A stretch of 64,000 nucleotides of DNA from Octopus sinensis (lineage: Eukaryota): NCBI RefSeq assembly GCF_006345805.1, contig NC_043017.1, forward strand, positions 4,960,001 to 5,024,000, written 5' to 3'. Shown one piece after another: positions 38,071 through 51,449 of the stretch; positions within the stretch are counted from its first letter, which is position 1, and every line of letters begins with the position of its first letter. A program made the translations under genes and the position numbers. The notes under the pieces were generated by a model. The model was not told where the DNA came from. It did not search any database and worked only from the letters and a program-made list of their open reading frames with translations.

Positions 38071-39849
38071 ATATAATTCTAAATAGACTATGTCTTCAAA
38101 TAAAATGGGTTAGTCATTGCTGGAAGGTCTTTGCTCATAGGTCAGCTGGATCACAGCAGATCTGGGACTAAACAACTACTACTACTACTACGAACTATTT
38201 AAGACACCTCCTGTTGCCTGAGTTGCTAGAAATAGTAACCAAAAATCAAAATTCCACCATTGTAATAAAGAGGTGGGGGGGAATACATTGACTAATGTAC
38301 TCTTAGCTACACTATGTCTGAATAAAATACAGGATGGGCAAGACTTGAATGTCTTTGATCATATTTCTGCTTAGTCACAACTGATTTGGGGAGATTAAAC
38401 GATAGCTACTTTAGTTTTTGTATCATTATTCTAAGCAGGATGTCACGTTCGAGTGAAAAGCTAAAATTACAAGAATAAAGTGATTTAATAGCAGTCATCA
38501 TCTTCATCTTCATCATCATCGTCATTTGATGTCTGTATTCCATGCTGTCATGGGTTGGACGGTTTAACAGGATCTGATTAACCAGAGGGCTATGCTGGTC
38601 TCTAACGTTTGTTTTAGTAAGGTTTCTAATGTTTGGTTTTTTACTTTTGTGGCACCAGCACCAGTGAGGTCACTGAGTAGCTTGCAAGATAGGACCCCTT
38701 AACAGAGTGTGGATGCAGTATTTAGGGAGGTGGTTTTGTACCAGGTGTAGAGCGGTTAGAGTATAAAAGAAAAACAGAAACAGGTACCTTGCTGCAGTGT
38801 AGGTACACACATACACACACATACACACACACACACACACATATGTATATCAGATAGGTGCAGGGTGGGTGTGTGGTCAGAAGTTTGCCTTCCAGTCACC
38901 TGACTCTGTGTTCAGTCTCACTGCATGGGACCTTGGGCAAGTGTCTTCTTTTAAATCTCTGGCTCAACAACAACTACATATATATATATATGCATGTCTG
39001 TGTTGCTACCTCCTTGTCTTGACATCATATGATAGTTGTAAATGAGTATCACTGTCATACAAGCAGTGTGGTTTGTTCATCAACTGTGAAAAAATCATCT
39101 GATCACAAGGAAATATTACTTTGAAGCAATAAGAAAACCGATGAGGGTTGGTGACAGGAAGGGCATCCAGCTGTAGAAGTTCTGCCTCCAGCAAAATTCC
39201 AATCCCCACCCCCTGCCATGCCAAGCAAGCATGGAAAAGTGGCTGTTAAAATGATGATGATGATGATGCTAGCGGTTCAATAAAATAACAAGCCAATCCA
39301 TGGAGTGGTTGGTGATGGTCATGTGAACCATACCAAAACAACAGAATAGGTCCAATAACAAGAAAAAATGGTCGTTTTTTTTTTTTAGTCCTTCTTTCTT
39401 TTTTCTGTTGCTGTGTGGGCCAGATGATAGAGAACTGATAACAGGGTGATGAGACACTGTAGGAACGATCCCACACAGGCGCAAGCAGGCATAGTAAAAT
39501 GGTGATAAAAAAAACCATGATGGTGATGGTGATGATGTTTTTGCGTGCAACCAACATCAAGAATATCTTAGTGTTTTGCACGCTCAGTAGTTTGTTGTCG
39601 ACACAAAACAGTAAATTTCTTTGATTTTCCGGTACCGAATAGAGTAAAGATCTTCTGGTTGATAGAAAGCCAAGACAAAATATATATATAAATGTACATG
39701 CACACACACACATTTATATATACATTTATATATATAAATATATATGTATGTGTGTGTGTGTGTGTGTTTTATGAAAGAGTTCTAAGCTAAAATGTTATTT
39801 CATTAAAACTGAAGGACACTAAATTTTTGTTTGAAACCAAAGCCCTTAG

Positions 39850-39894
<45 letters not shown>

Positions 39895-39974
39895 TACACA
39901 CACAACTTGGCGACACCCTGACCATGCCCTAAGAGGGTGTGTATATATATATACACACAGGCATATATGTATAC

Positions 39975-40015
<41 letters not shown>

Positions 40016-40050
40016 TACACATTCACATACAGACATACACACATAGTGTA

Positions 40051-40084
<34 letters not shown>

Positions 40085-40435
40085 CACTCACACGCATACA
40101 CACACACATATATGTGTATTATATATACACATGTATGCATATATGTGTGTATATATAGACACACGTATGCATATATGTATGTGTGTGTATACATTTACAC
40201 ACACACACACACACATGTATATATATACACGCGTATGTGTGTGTGTGTGTGTACATAGATTATTGATTATCATCTCTCTTTGATTCTAGAACATAATATA
40301 AGGAATCAAAAATATTAAATCTAAAAGTTTGTTTCAAATGTTCTATACCCCCACCGCCAACATTTTTTTCGCATCATCATCATCATCATCATCATCACCA
40401 TTGTTCTCACTACTACTACTATTACTACTACTAAA

Positions 40436-40469
<34 letters not shown>

Positions 40470-40985
40470 TACTACTACTACTACTACCACCACCAGCACC
40501 ACCACCCCCACTCCCACCACCACCACCACCACCCCCACCACCACCACCACCACTACTACTATACTACTACTACTACTACCTCCATTGTTCTACCAATCAT
40601 GTAATCTTTAAATTTTCCACATGGCATAACAGATCAAATGAATTGCAATGTCTTACGTGTCTTATGATTAGCCATCAATACATAATATCCATAGCAACGG
40701 ATCATTTCAGAATCCCACCTTTTGCTTCCATCTTCGACTATATTGAAAAAAAAAAAAAAAAAAGAAATTAAAATAAATATACAAAAAAAAAAAAAATTAA
40801 ATGGTTTTTTTTTCCCCCTCACGTTTAACTTTTGTTTTTCATTGATTTTTTTTCCCCTCGTCTCTTTGTGATTTAATAACTCATTTCATCACCATATCAT
40901 GAAATGAAATAAAATTCATTGAATATCGAATAAATCTACTCTGAGTGTGTGTTTGTGCATATGTAGATTTGTGCTTGTGTATGTG

Positions 40986-41022
<37 letters not shown>

Positions 41023-41222
41023 GCACATACACATATATGTGTGTATGTATAAATATATGTATACGGATTCTTCTATTTTGTATTGTTTCTATTTTTAAAT
41101 TTCATATATTGTTAAAATATATATATATTTCCCAAATATATTGCTTACCAAAATAGAATAAAAATAAAATAATGATAATAATGATAATGATGATGATGAC
41201 GACGACGACAGTAATAATATTA

Positions 41223-41255
<33 letters not shown>

Positions 41256-41334
41256 ACAGTAATAATATTAATTATAAGAATAATAGCAATGATAATAATG
41301 CTGCAGTCCCAGGCAGTGGCTCTCGTGGCTTCTG

Positions 41335-41585
41335 ATCTTAACTGATTGGAAGTGTTATCATGTACATTGTTTTCTCTTGGTATAAAAGATGGGCTACAGC
41401 AAATATTCTGCTCAATACCACAGATTTGCTTGTTAGTTGTTTGACCTTAACCAGTTGAGCATGTCCCTTAGTGGCTGACGATATGTGCATCTCTGATCAC
41501 GAGCAGAAGTAGTGGGGGAGCATCATAGCCATGTGTTGAGAAGGATTCTTTGGGGTTTGAATAATTCACCTCTGGAAACGTGGGT
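41335..41585 (+). mobile_element. Unclassified interspersed repeat; inverted partial copy at 44460-44620
   Basis: ttaactgattggaagtgttatcatgtacattg...gatatgtgcatct matches the reverse complement of 44460-44620. Confidence 0.75.
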
Positions 41586-41907
41586 TTTTCGTTCAACATA
41601 CCTATGTATGAATATATCTTCTTGCTCTTCTTTCTCTTTTCTCTATTCTAGAAATTACTAATACTTTACACATCATCATCATCGTTTAGCGTCCGCTTTC
41701 CATGCTAGCATGGGTTGGACCTGTATTTATATATTATCTGAACTGTTTAAAGTAAATGAATAGAAATATTATAATGTCTAACAGCTGATGAATACTACCT
41801 CTGGATTCCCTCCATTTTCTTCTGAACCCGAAACCATGTGGTTGGTAAGCAAGCTACTTACCACACAGCCATTCCTACGCCTAATGCATGATTAATTCAA
41901 AACAATG

Positions 41908-42320
41908 TGCGTAGGAGTGGTTTTGTGGTAAGTAGCTTGCTTACCAGCCACATGGTTCTGGGTTCAGTCCCACTGCATAGCACCTTGGGCAAGTGTCTTC
42001 TACTATAGCCTCGGGCCGACCAAAACCTTGTGAGTGGATTTAGTAGACGGAAACTGAAAGAAGCCCATCGTATATATGTATATATACGTGTATGTGTGTG
42101 TATGTATTTGTGTGTCTGTGTTCTCCCTCCCTGCTCCCACCATCATCGCTTGACAACCAATGCCGGTGTGTTTACGTCCACGTAACTTAGTGGTTCGGCA
42201 AAAGAGACTGATAGAAATAAGTACTAGGCTTACAAAGAATAAGTCCTGGGGTCGATGTGCTCGACTAAAGGCGGTGCTCCAGCATGGCCGCAGTCAAATG
42301 ACTGAAACAACTAAAAGAGA
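41908..42320 (+). mobile_element. SINE family A, full length
   Basis: Colinear with the other copies; preceded by an inverted head fragment at 41825-41881. Confidence 0.9.
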
Positions 42321-42689
42321 GAGAAAAACAAGCATTACTTTTGAGAGAATAATGTGACAGCCAAAGGGTTAAAATAGTTAATGACCAACTTTCTAGATCT
42401 TAGGCAGTTTTAATTGGAAATTCACAGCAATAAACCCAAGGATTGGAATCACCAATTCTAAAGAGTCATTACTAAAATATTCTTGTGATTTATTTTGTGA
42501 GTTTATTTTTTGTTCTATTTTTTGTTTTTTAAATGTTATTTTCTTATTTTTCAATCATTTATCTAATTTGACTTTTTTTCTCTTTTGTATAATTATAGCT
42601 TGATCTGATCTGTTGTATGTGGTGTGTGTTAGAGATTATTTTAAAGTGTATTATGTGTGTAGAGATATGGAGGATAAGAGGATAGATGG

Positions 42690-42915
42690 ATGGATGGAGT
42701 AATTGATAGATAGATAGATAGATGGATAGATAGATAGATAGATAGATGGATAGATAGATAGATAGATGGATAGATAGATAGATAGATGGATAGATAGATA
42801 GATAGATAGATGGATAGATAGATAGATGGATTACATTCATATATAGGAAGATAGATATATTGGTAGATAGAAAGGTTGATAGAAGTACAGGCAAATAGAT
42901 AGAGAGATAGATAGG

Positions 42916-42983
<68 letters not shown>

Positions 42984-43076
42984 CAGATGGATTACATTCA
43001 TATATAGGAAGATAGATATATTGGTAGATAGAAAGGTTGATAGAAGTACAGGCAAATAGATAGAGAGATAGATAGG

Positions 43077-43141
<65 letters not shown>

Positions 43142-43560
43142 GGAGTAATTGATAGCTTGATGGATAGCTGGGTAGACTGATAGATAGCTAGAGGGATAGA
43201 TAGATAGATAGATGGATTACATTCATATATAGGAAGATAGATATATTGGTATATAGAAAGGTTGGTAGAAGTACAGGCAAATAGACAGACAGATAGATAG
43301 ATACAGAAAGAGAATAATAAACTGATAGATAGAAAGTTAGACTGATAAATAGATAGTGAAAGATAGATAGATTGATACATAGATAGATAGATAAATTGTT
43401 TGATAGGTAGATAAATTGATAGACTGACAGATTGCTTGATAGATAGGTAGATAGACAGAAAACTAGGTAGATTGACTGCTAGATAGGTAGAGAGACTGAT
43501 AGATAAATTGTTTACTGGATCAATGGACTGTTAGCTAGATAGATAGTCTAATAGATAGGT
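42690..43560. repeat. (GATA)n tract containing three copies of a ~70-bp unique core
   Basis: ggattacattcatatataggaag... at ~42828, 42989 and 43214. Confidence 0.95.
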
Positions 43561-43921
43561 AGGAAGGCAGGTAGGTGATTTTTATGTGATTGCCTTTACA
43601 GTGATGTGCTTCCAATACCAAAACTGGTATATAATTTATTGGTGTTCATTATTGAATACAAATGAATGCCAAAACGACTGGAGAGGAAAGGATAGCTGAG
43701 CAAGTTAGCTTCAAAAACAATAAAAAAAGTAATATTCTTAAGTTAAGCTTCCCTCTAGAATGTTCTAAATACTATCCAAAAAAAAAAAACCATTAAAGAA
43801 AATGAATAAAATATAAATAAAATCACGTGGTTTTTACCTCATCTATCCTCTGGTGTTTACGTGTAATTAAATTTGATTTCTTATAGAAAAAAGATAATTT
43901 GTTTCCTGGTAAAACAAAATA

Positions 43922-44128
43922 CAAAGGGATGCTGCAAGAGTTCCTGGCTTTGGATAAAAGAAAATACAGGAATATCAGTTAATTATGAATTTAGTCAACA
44001 TATTCCCTTCTCAGATTCCCAGACTTATTGTAGTGATCCTTCAGTTTTTCTAAGTCCTGTAAAAGAACTCAGAAGGTTTGACCTCCAGCCAAGCCTTTCA
44101 CGAAATCCTTAAAGCTAGAAATTTTTTC
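43922..44128. mobile_element. Second, more decayed copy of the mariner-type MITE
   Basis: Colinear with 12335-12549. Confidence 0.75.
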
Positions 44129-44647
44129 ACGGATCTAGTGAAGTTGATTCACAGAATCTGCATTTTTTTTAAAGTAAAAAATCTGAAAATTGGTTATATT
44201 GATGTAGTTTTCCACTCTTATTGCTGTGAATCCACGATCTTGTGGAGAAAAAAAATAGAATAAAAAGTTACAGAATTTCAAAAATAGAAAGAAACTGTAA
44301 TTTTAGCCAATAGTGAGACACTGGTGTCAGCTTCAAGGTTGTATCTTGTGAAATTTATAGTTTAGCATCTGTGAAATGACCTGTTACCCTGTGTTTACTT
44401 TATGTGTATTTCAGTATTATGTATACCTGTCATGTACATCATTAATATATAGGTGCATGATCAAAGATGCACATATCGTCAGCCACTAAGGGATATGCTC
44501 AACTGGTTAAGGTCAAACAACTGACAAGCAAATCTGTGGCATTGAGTAGAATATTTGCTGTAGCCTATCTTTTGTACCAAGACTAAACAATGTACATGAT
44601 AACACTTCCAATCAGTTAAATTATTATTATCATCATTATTATTATTA

Positions 44648-44708
<61 letters not shown>

Positions 44709-45600
44709 CGTGTATGCTTGTTGAAGTATGTGAATACTTACTTGAATTCAACCTACTTGGGTAGGTGACAGTCACATGACAACAACTAAATATCAGCAAC
44801 AATTTTAAAAAAAACCTCATTCACAATGTAGATCAACAATTATTACATTTATCATCATCTTTCGTCCAAATTCATGCAATAGTTAGACATTTTTTTCTGA
44901 TATTTACACTGGAATAATTATTGGTAATTATTGCGTACAACAGACATAGTTCATCACCCATTTCTTTGGATTCCATAATTTACTCTTTGATACTTACTTA
45001 TTTAACAAAGATATTTTGGATTGATTTGTGTTTTTTTTAGCAGGAAAATGTATTTGTGTGTGTGTGTGTGCTTGCGTGTGTGAATGTTAGAATGTGTGTG
45101 TGTATATATGAATGTTTTATATAGACGTGTGTGCGTATATGTATGTTATATATATATATGTGTATGAATGTTATATATATGTGTATTTGTGTGTATGTGC
45201 TTGCGTGTGTGAATGTTATGCATATATGAATGTTTTATATAGACGTGTGTGTGTGTGTGAATGTTATAGACATGTGTGTATGTTATATATGTGTATTTGT
45301 ATGTGTGTGTGCATGTATGAATGTTTTATATAGATGTGTGTGCGTATATGAATGTTATATGTATGAATGTTATATATATGTGCATTTGTGTGTGCATATG
45401 TCAGTATTATATGTGTATGTGTGTGGATGTTATATATTGTGTGCATTGTTATATGTATTATATATGTGAGTTATATATATATATATATATGTACATCATT
45501 TACGTCATAAGAATTTAGAAATTTTGAGAGATGTGAAATAATTCAAGTTCGACAGTTTAAAATGTATTTTATATATATACACACACACACATATATATAT

Positions 45601-45645
<45 letters not shown>

Positions 45646-47008
45646 ATTATATATATATATATTGTTTGATAGACATCCTCTCTCTCTCACTCTGTGTTTA
45701 CTACTACCTTTTTATAGCCTGCTGGCAACTTTGTTGTTCTGCAATAAATGTAATATGATAATTGGCAGAAAAGATAAGTTCTGGTTTCTTATATTTACTT
45801 TAAATTCTAAATCTTAATTTATTCATTTATTTGCTTATTCTTTTTCCATCAATCTTTTTTTTTGTCATTGAAAAAAAAAAAGCTATGGGAAAATCTGAAT
45901 TCTGCTCATATCTCAAAATATTTCCCTGAAGATATGGTTTTTTACATAATTTCTTACGTAAATGTGATGTAAGGATTTTTGAATCAGCTGTAGGGATGAA
46001 TATATTGAAATGTCATTGATCTTGTTTTTTGCTGTTCTTTCAAATGTGTGTGTGTGTATGTATGTGTGCAATTCATTAGGCTGATGGTGGTCAGTTTTGG
46101 TACAAATTGTAGTTACTGGTATAAAAGAATTATCATATTACTGTAAGGTTTGGACAATTCAGAAAATGTCATTCTTTGGGAAACATACAAACTTGATTTT
46201 ATTTTTATACTTGTATGTGTGTGTGTACAGGTGTTGCTGTGAAGTAAGACATTTGATATTTAAACACATGATCCCAGGTTTAATCCCCACTGTGCGGCAC
46301 CTTGGGGATGTGTCTTCTACTATAGCCTTGGACCAACCAAAGCATTGTGACTGGATTTGGTTGATGTAAACTGAAAGAAGCTTGCCATGTATGTATGTCT
46401 GTGTTTGTCACCCACCACTACTTGACAGCCGGTGTTGGTGTGTTTATGTCCCCTTATCATAACAGTTTGGCTTTAAAAAAGAATATGAAAAACTGGGGTC
46501 AGTTCATTTGACTAAACTTCTTCAAAACATTGCCTCTTTCTGTTTGTTCCTTCTTGAGCCATGCCTGGCTCATAAGAGCCAGTTTCCTTGGTGTATAGGT
46601 TCCCCACCTGGATGGGACGCTGGACCATCGCAGGTGAGCTGCAAGATGCAGGAGGAAAGAGTGAAATAAGGAAGTGGCGAAAGAGTCAGCAGAAGTTCAC
46701 CATTACCTTCTGCCAAAGCTGCGTGGAGCTTGGGTGTTTCACTCATAAACACACACATCGCCCAGTCTGAGATTTGAACCCACGATCCCTCCACCGTGAG
46801 TCTGCTGCTAACCACTAGGCTATTACCCCCCTCTGGCTGCAGTCCAGCAAAAGTAAAAAATAAAAAAACGTATAGATGTATGTGTGTGTGTGTGGTGTGT
46901 GTGTGTGTGTGTGTGTGTGTGTTTATTTGCTTGTATATTATTATTATTATATTTTACTTATCTTTTATTGTATTTAAATTTGTTTTCTTTTTTTTTCTTC
47001 TTTTGCAG

Positions 47009-47112
47009 CATTTTTTCACAAAGAAAGGATTACGCACCAATCTGAAAAGAACGAAAAGTGTTACCAAATTAGACAGGAAACGGTCAGCTTCCAATGTCTG
47101 TGAAAGGGAAAC
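47009..47112 (+). CDS. DAB2IP/RASAL2-like: Coding exon of the nGAP-family RasGAP; HFFTKKGLRTNLKRTKSVTKLDRKRSASNVCERE(T); phase 0 in, phase 2 out
   Basis: Acceptor ttttcttcttttgcag|CAT and donor AAC|gtaagt. LKRTKSVTKLDR matches the conserved IKRTKSQPKLDR (SynGAP/DAB2IP) and LKRTKSVTKLER (raskol) motif in the PH-domain region. Confidence 0.92.
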
Positions 47113-47872
47113 GTAAGTGTCTCTCACTATTCTAAACCCAGTCTCACTAAAACTTATCCTTGTTCTTTGGAATTACCACAATTCTTTCCATTACCTTCAG
47201 CTTCCGGATTTAAACAGATGAAACTTAGTCTTCATCCTTGTCTTTTACATGAAGGCATGTGTTTTGGCTTAGGGTCTTCAACTCAGGATTGTAAGGTTGT
47301 GAGTTCAATCCCTGGTGATGTGTTGTGTCCTTGAGCAAAACACTTTATTTCATGTTGCTCCAGTCCACTCAGCTGGCAAAAAGGCCAACCTTGTCACATT
47401 CTGTATCATGCTGAGTCTCCTGGAGAACTATGTTAACCCATTTATTACCATATTTCTGTTGAGATGCTCTGTGTTTCTTTTAATTAATTTTAAATATAAC
47501 AAAGAATTTAGTAAAATAACTTATTTATAAATTACTTTAATTAAAATAATATTCATTAGTGATTAATATAGTTTTCCTCTTTACCACATTATTTCTCGTT
47601 AGCACTGTAATTTCCTTTGGCTTCCTGCCTTAAATATGTTAACACAAACTTGACTGTTGCTGTTTCATGTGGATGGTGTCACTAAGTAATGACTACTTAC
47701 TTTTGAGGTATGTTGAGTGGATATGTCAGAAATTTGATTTGTGAACTTTGCAGAAATATTATCTATGGGTTGTCATGAAGTTATTGTGTGTAGACAATGC
47801 AGTGATATGATGTGTAGAAATAATAGAAATATGATGTCATTATGACAAAAATATGTTGTGTGAGGATCTTAA

Positions 47873-48785
47873 AGTTATGACATGTGGACATCACAACAGT
47901 ATGATTTGTGGACATCACATGGATATGATTTTTTGACATCACAAAAATATGATGTGGATATGAGAAAGATTTGATGTATTGACATCAGAAAAATATGTGT
48001 GGACATCACATAGATATGATATGTGGAAATGATAGATATATGATGTACCATTATGATGCATATATGTTGTGTGGGCATCTCAAAGTTATGACATGGTCAT
48101 CAAAGAGATATGATGAGTGGACATCACAGAGATGTGATGTGTGGACATCACAGAGTTAAGATGAGTGGACATCACAGAGATGTGATGTGTGGACATCACA
48201 GAGTTAAGATGAGTGGACATCACAGAGATATGATGTGTGGACATCACAGAGATGTGATGTGTGGACATTAAAGAGTTAAGATGAGTGGACATCACAGAGA
48301 TGTGATGTGTGGACATCACAGAGTTAAGATGAGTGGACATCACATAGATGTAATGTGTGGACATCACAGAGATGTGATGTGTGGACATTACAGAGTTAAG
48401 ATGAGTGAACATCACATAGATATGATGTGTGGACATCACAGAGATGTGATGTGTGGACATCACAAAGTTAAGATGAGTGGACATCACAGAGATATGATGT
48501 GTGGACATCACAGAGATGTGATGTGTGGACATTACAGAGTTAAGATGAGTGGACATCACAGAGATGTGATGTGTGGACATCACAGAAATATGATGTGTGG
48601 ACATCATAATGATGTGATGTGTTGATAGTTGAATGATGCGATGTGTTGACATCACAGAGATATGATGTGTGGACATCACAATGATAGGATGTGTTCACAT
48701 CACAAAGATATGGTGTTAACCTCAAAGTTATGACATGTGGATATAACAAAGATAGGAAATTGGACATGAGAGATGTGTGAGGACA
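47873..48785. repeat. 24-bp minisatellite with two interspersed variants
   Basis: GTGGACATCACAGAGATGTGATGT and GTGGACATCACAGAGTTAAGATGA units. Confidence 0.95.
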
Positions 48786-49344
48786 TAACACACATGCACA
48801 CACACGAACATGCACACTCACACACATATGATGGGCTTCCATACAGTTTCCTTGTATCAAATTCACTCACAAGGCTTTGGTTGACTTGAGACCATAGAAG
48901 TAAGACATTTTCCCAAAGTTCTGCCCTGTAGTGGGATTGAACCAGAGACCACTCGGTTGCAAAACAAGCTTCTTAACCACACAGCTATTTTGTTTATCCA
49001 TTTTTTTTTTCTTTAAATTTGTTTTATTTAATTTTCACATCTGACATTACAACAATTTTTACACTCGAAAATACTTCAAATATTTATCTAATTACCTCGC
49101 GTTTTGATTCACCTCAATTTAAAGCTTTTGTTTGTCATTTCATGACAACCACCACCACCACCACCACCATCATGATCATCACGTATAGTTATAGCAAATA
49201 CTTAACTGACGTTCAAATGTGTTATATTAATAAAATAAATTTAAAAAATCAGAAATATTAAAAACAAAAAAAAACATCAATTCATATTTGAAAAATATCT
49301 AAAGTGGCAAAAAAATATTAGAATCATGTTTATATCCTGCTTGT

Positions 49345-49618
49345 AGTGATGGTGGTAGTGGTGGTAGTAGTAGTAGTAGTGGTGGTGATTTTAGTGATAG
49401 TGGAGGTGGTGGTGATTGTAGAGGTGGTAATAGTGGTGGTGATGGTGGTAGTAGTGATTGTAGTGGTGGTGGTGATTTTAGTGATAGTGGAGGTGGTGGT
49501 GGTAGTGGTGGCAGTAGTGGTAGTGGTGATGGTAGTAGTGGTGGTGATGGTGGTGGTAGTAGTAGTGGTAGTGGTGGTGGTGGTGCTGGTGGTAGTAGTG
49601 ATGGTGGTAGTAGTGATG

Positions 49619-49650
<32 letters not shown>

Positions 49651-49680
49651 GGGGTGGTAGTGGTGATTGTAGTAGCAGTA
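49345..49680. repeat. (GTG/GTA)n tract
   Basis: Directly visible. Confidence 0.9.
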
Positions 49681-49813
49681 GTATTTAGTTACAACATTGA
49701 AGTTATCATTACAAAGAATTCTTCAAGAACTTGTCAGAACAATAATGTGTTTCTGATATTTGAACTTGAAACAATAACAGCATGGGGTGGAATGGTAAAA
49801 AAAAAATCTATAA

Positions 49814-49842
49814 ATGACATCTTTTGTCAAGGCAGCACTGAG
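49814..49842 (+). CDS. Candidate alternative first coding exon MTSFVKAAL(S/R) (phase 2)
   Basis: In-frame TAA immediately before the ATG and consensus donor GAG|gtgagt. Phase 2 matches the acceptor expected downstream of 47112. Confidence 0.25.
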
Positions 49843-50614
49843 GTGAGTGTTACCAAAATTCCGCTGCCACACATCCACACTCCTACCCTTCACACACACA
49901 CACACACACACATTGCAAGTCTTGTAACTTGATAGCTGACTCAATGAATTCTACACATTTATTGGTCATGGGAAGAATTCGGTTCCATTTCATGGTTGGT
50001 CACAGGAATTGATTTCTCTTTTGCAGGAAAAAATAAAAAATTGAAAAATAGAAGAATAAAATAAAGAAAATAGAATAAAATAGAAAAATAGAGTTTGTCA
50101 GCAAATTAAAAATGAAATTGGGTTTTAAACTTTCGGCTGCCATATTTGTGTTGAAAAACTTTTCATTTATTTTAATTTACATTTTTTCCCAATTCTTCTT
50201 TGCCTTCTTCTTCTTCTTCTTCTTCTTCTTCTTCTTCTTCTTCTTCTTCTTCTTCTTCTTCTCCTCTTCCTCCTCCTCCTTCTTCCTCCTCCTCCTCCTC
50301 CTCCTTCTTCTTCTTCTTCTCAATTGAATACAGTCAAGTCTTGACTGAAACAAAATTGTTGAAACGGTTTAACACCTCTCACACACACACAGCCCCACCC
50401 TCACCAACATCGCTTGACAACCAATGCTGGTGTCTTTATGTCCCCGTAACTCAGCAGTTTGGCAAAAGAGACCGATTAGAATAAGTACTAGGCTTATGAA
50501 AAATAAGTCCGGGGGGGGGGGACGATTTGCTCGACTAAAAGCGGTGCTCCAGCATGGCTGCAGTCAAATGACTGTGATAGAAGTAAAAGAATAAAAGAGT
50601 AAATTAATTCTTCC

Positions 50615-51420
50615 TAATTCTAGCAAAAGACCAACATATTTGAGAGAAGAGGACAAGACAATGATTTCAACCCCAGTTCTTGTCTGACATTTTATTTTAT
50701 CGACCACGAAAGGATGAAAGACAAAGTTGAAACTTGGTAGAATTTGAACTCAGAATGCTGCTGTTTTGCCTGACAATTCTGCGAGCTTGCTGCCTTACTT
50801 TATTTCAAGATTTTGGCACAAAGCCACCAGTTTTGGGGGAGGGGTCAAGCTGATTACGTCAGCCCTAGTGTTGACCCAAAAAGATGAAAGGCAAAGTCGA
50901 CCTCGGTGGAATTTGAACTCTGAGCACAGACTAAAGGCCAGTAAGCATTTTGCCTGGTGTGCTAACGATTCTGCCACCTTGCTGCCTATTTTTATTTCAA
51001 ATTTTGGCACAAGGCCAGCAATTTCAAGGGAACATTGTTAGTTGATTACATCAACCCCAGTACTCAACTGGTACTTCTTTGATTGACATCGAAAGGATGA
51101 AAGGCAAAGTCGACCTTGGTGGAATTTGAACTCAGATCATACAGATGAAATACTGCTAAGCATTTTGCTGACAATGCTAACGGTTCTGCCAGTTTGCCAC
51201 CTTTCTTAATTTCAAATTTGGCATCAAATCCAGCAGTTTTCTGGGAGAGGTGTTAGTCAATTACATCAACCCCAGGGTTCCATTGGTCCTTATTTTATCA
51301 ACCCCGAAAGGATGAAAGGCGAAGTTGACCTCAGCAGATTTTGAGCTCAGAACATCAAGATGGACGAAATGCGACCAAGCAGTTTCCCTGGTGTAATAAT
51401 TCTGTCAGCTCTCCGCTTTA
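50615..51420 (-). mobile_element. About four head-to-tail decayed SINE family B copies
   Basis: gatgaaag(g/a)c(a/g)aag core at ~50715, 50883, 51097 and 51312. Confidence 0.8.
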
Positions 51421-51449
51421 GTTTGCAGTAATATTAACATTATTATTAC

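Larger units (their letters stand above)
6174..47008 (+). other. ~40.8-kb GT-AG intron of the nGAP-family gene
   Basis: Phase-0 donor at 6174 and phase-0 acceptor at 47008. The joined peptide TSKLA|HFFTKK matches the family pattern (recalled raskol TSRFTNFFSKR). Skipped or alternative exons inside cannot be excluded. Confidence 0.75.
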
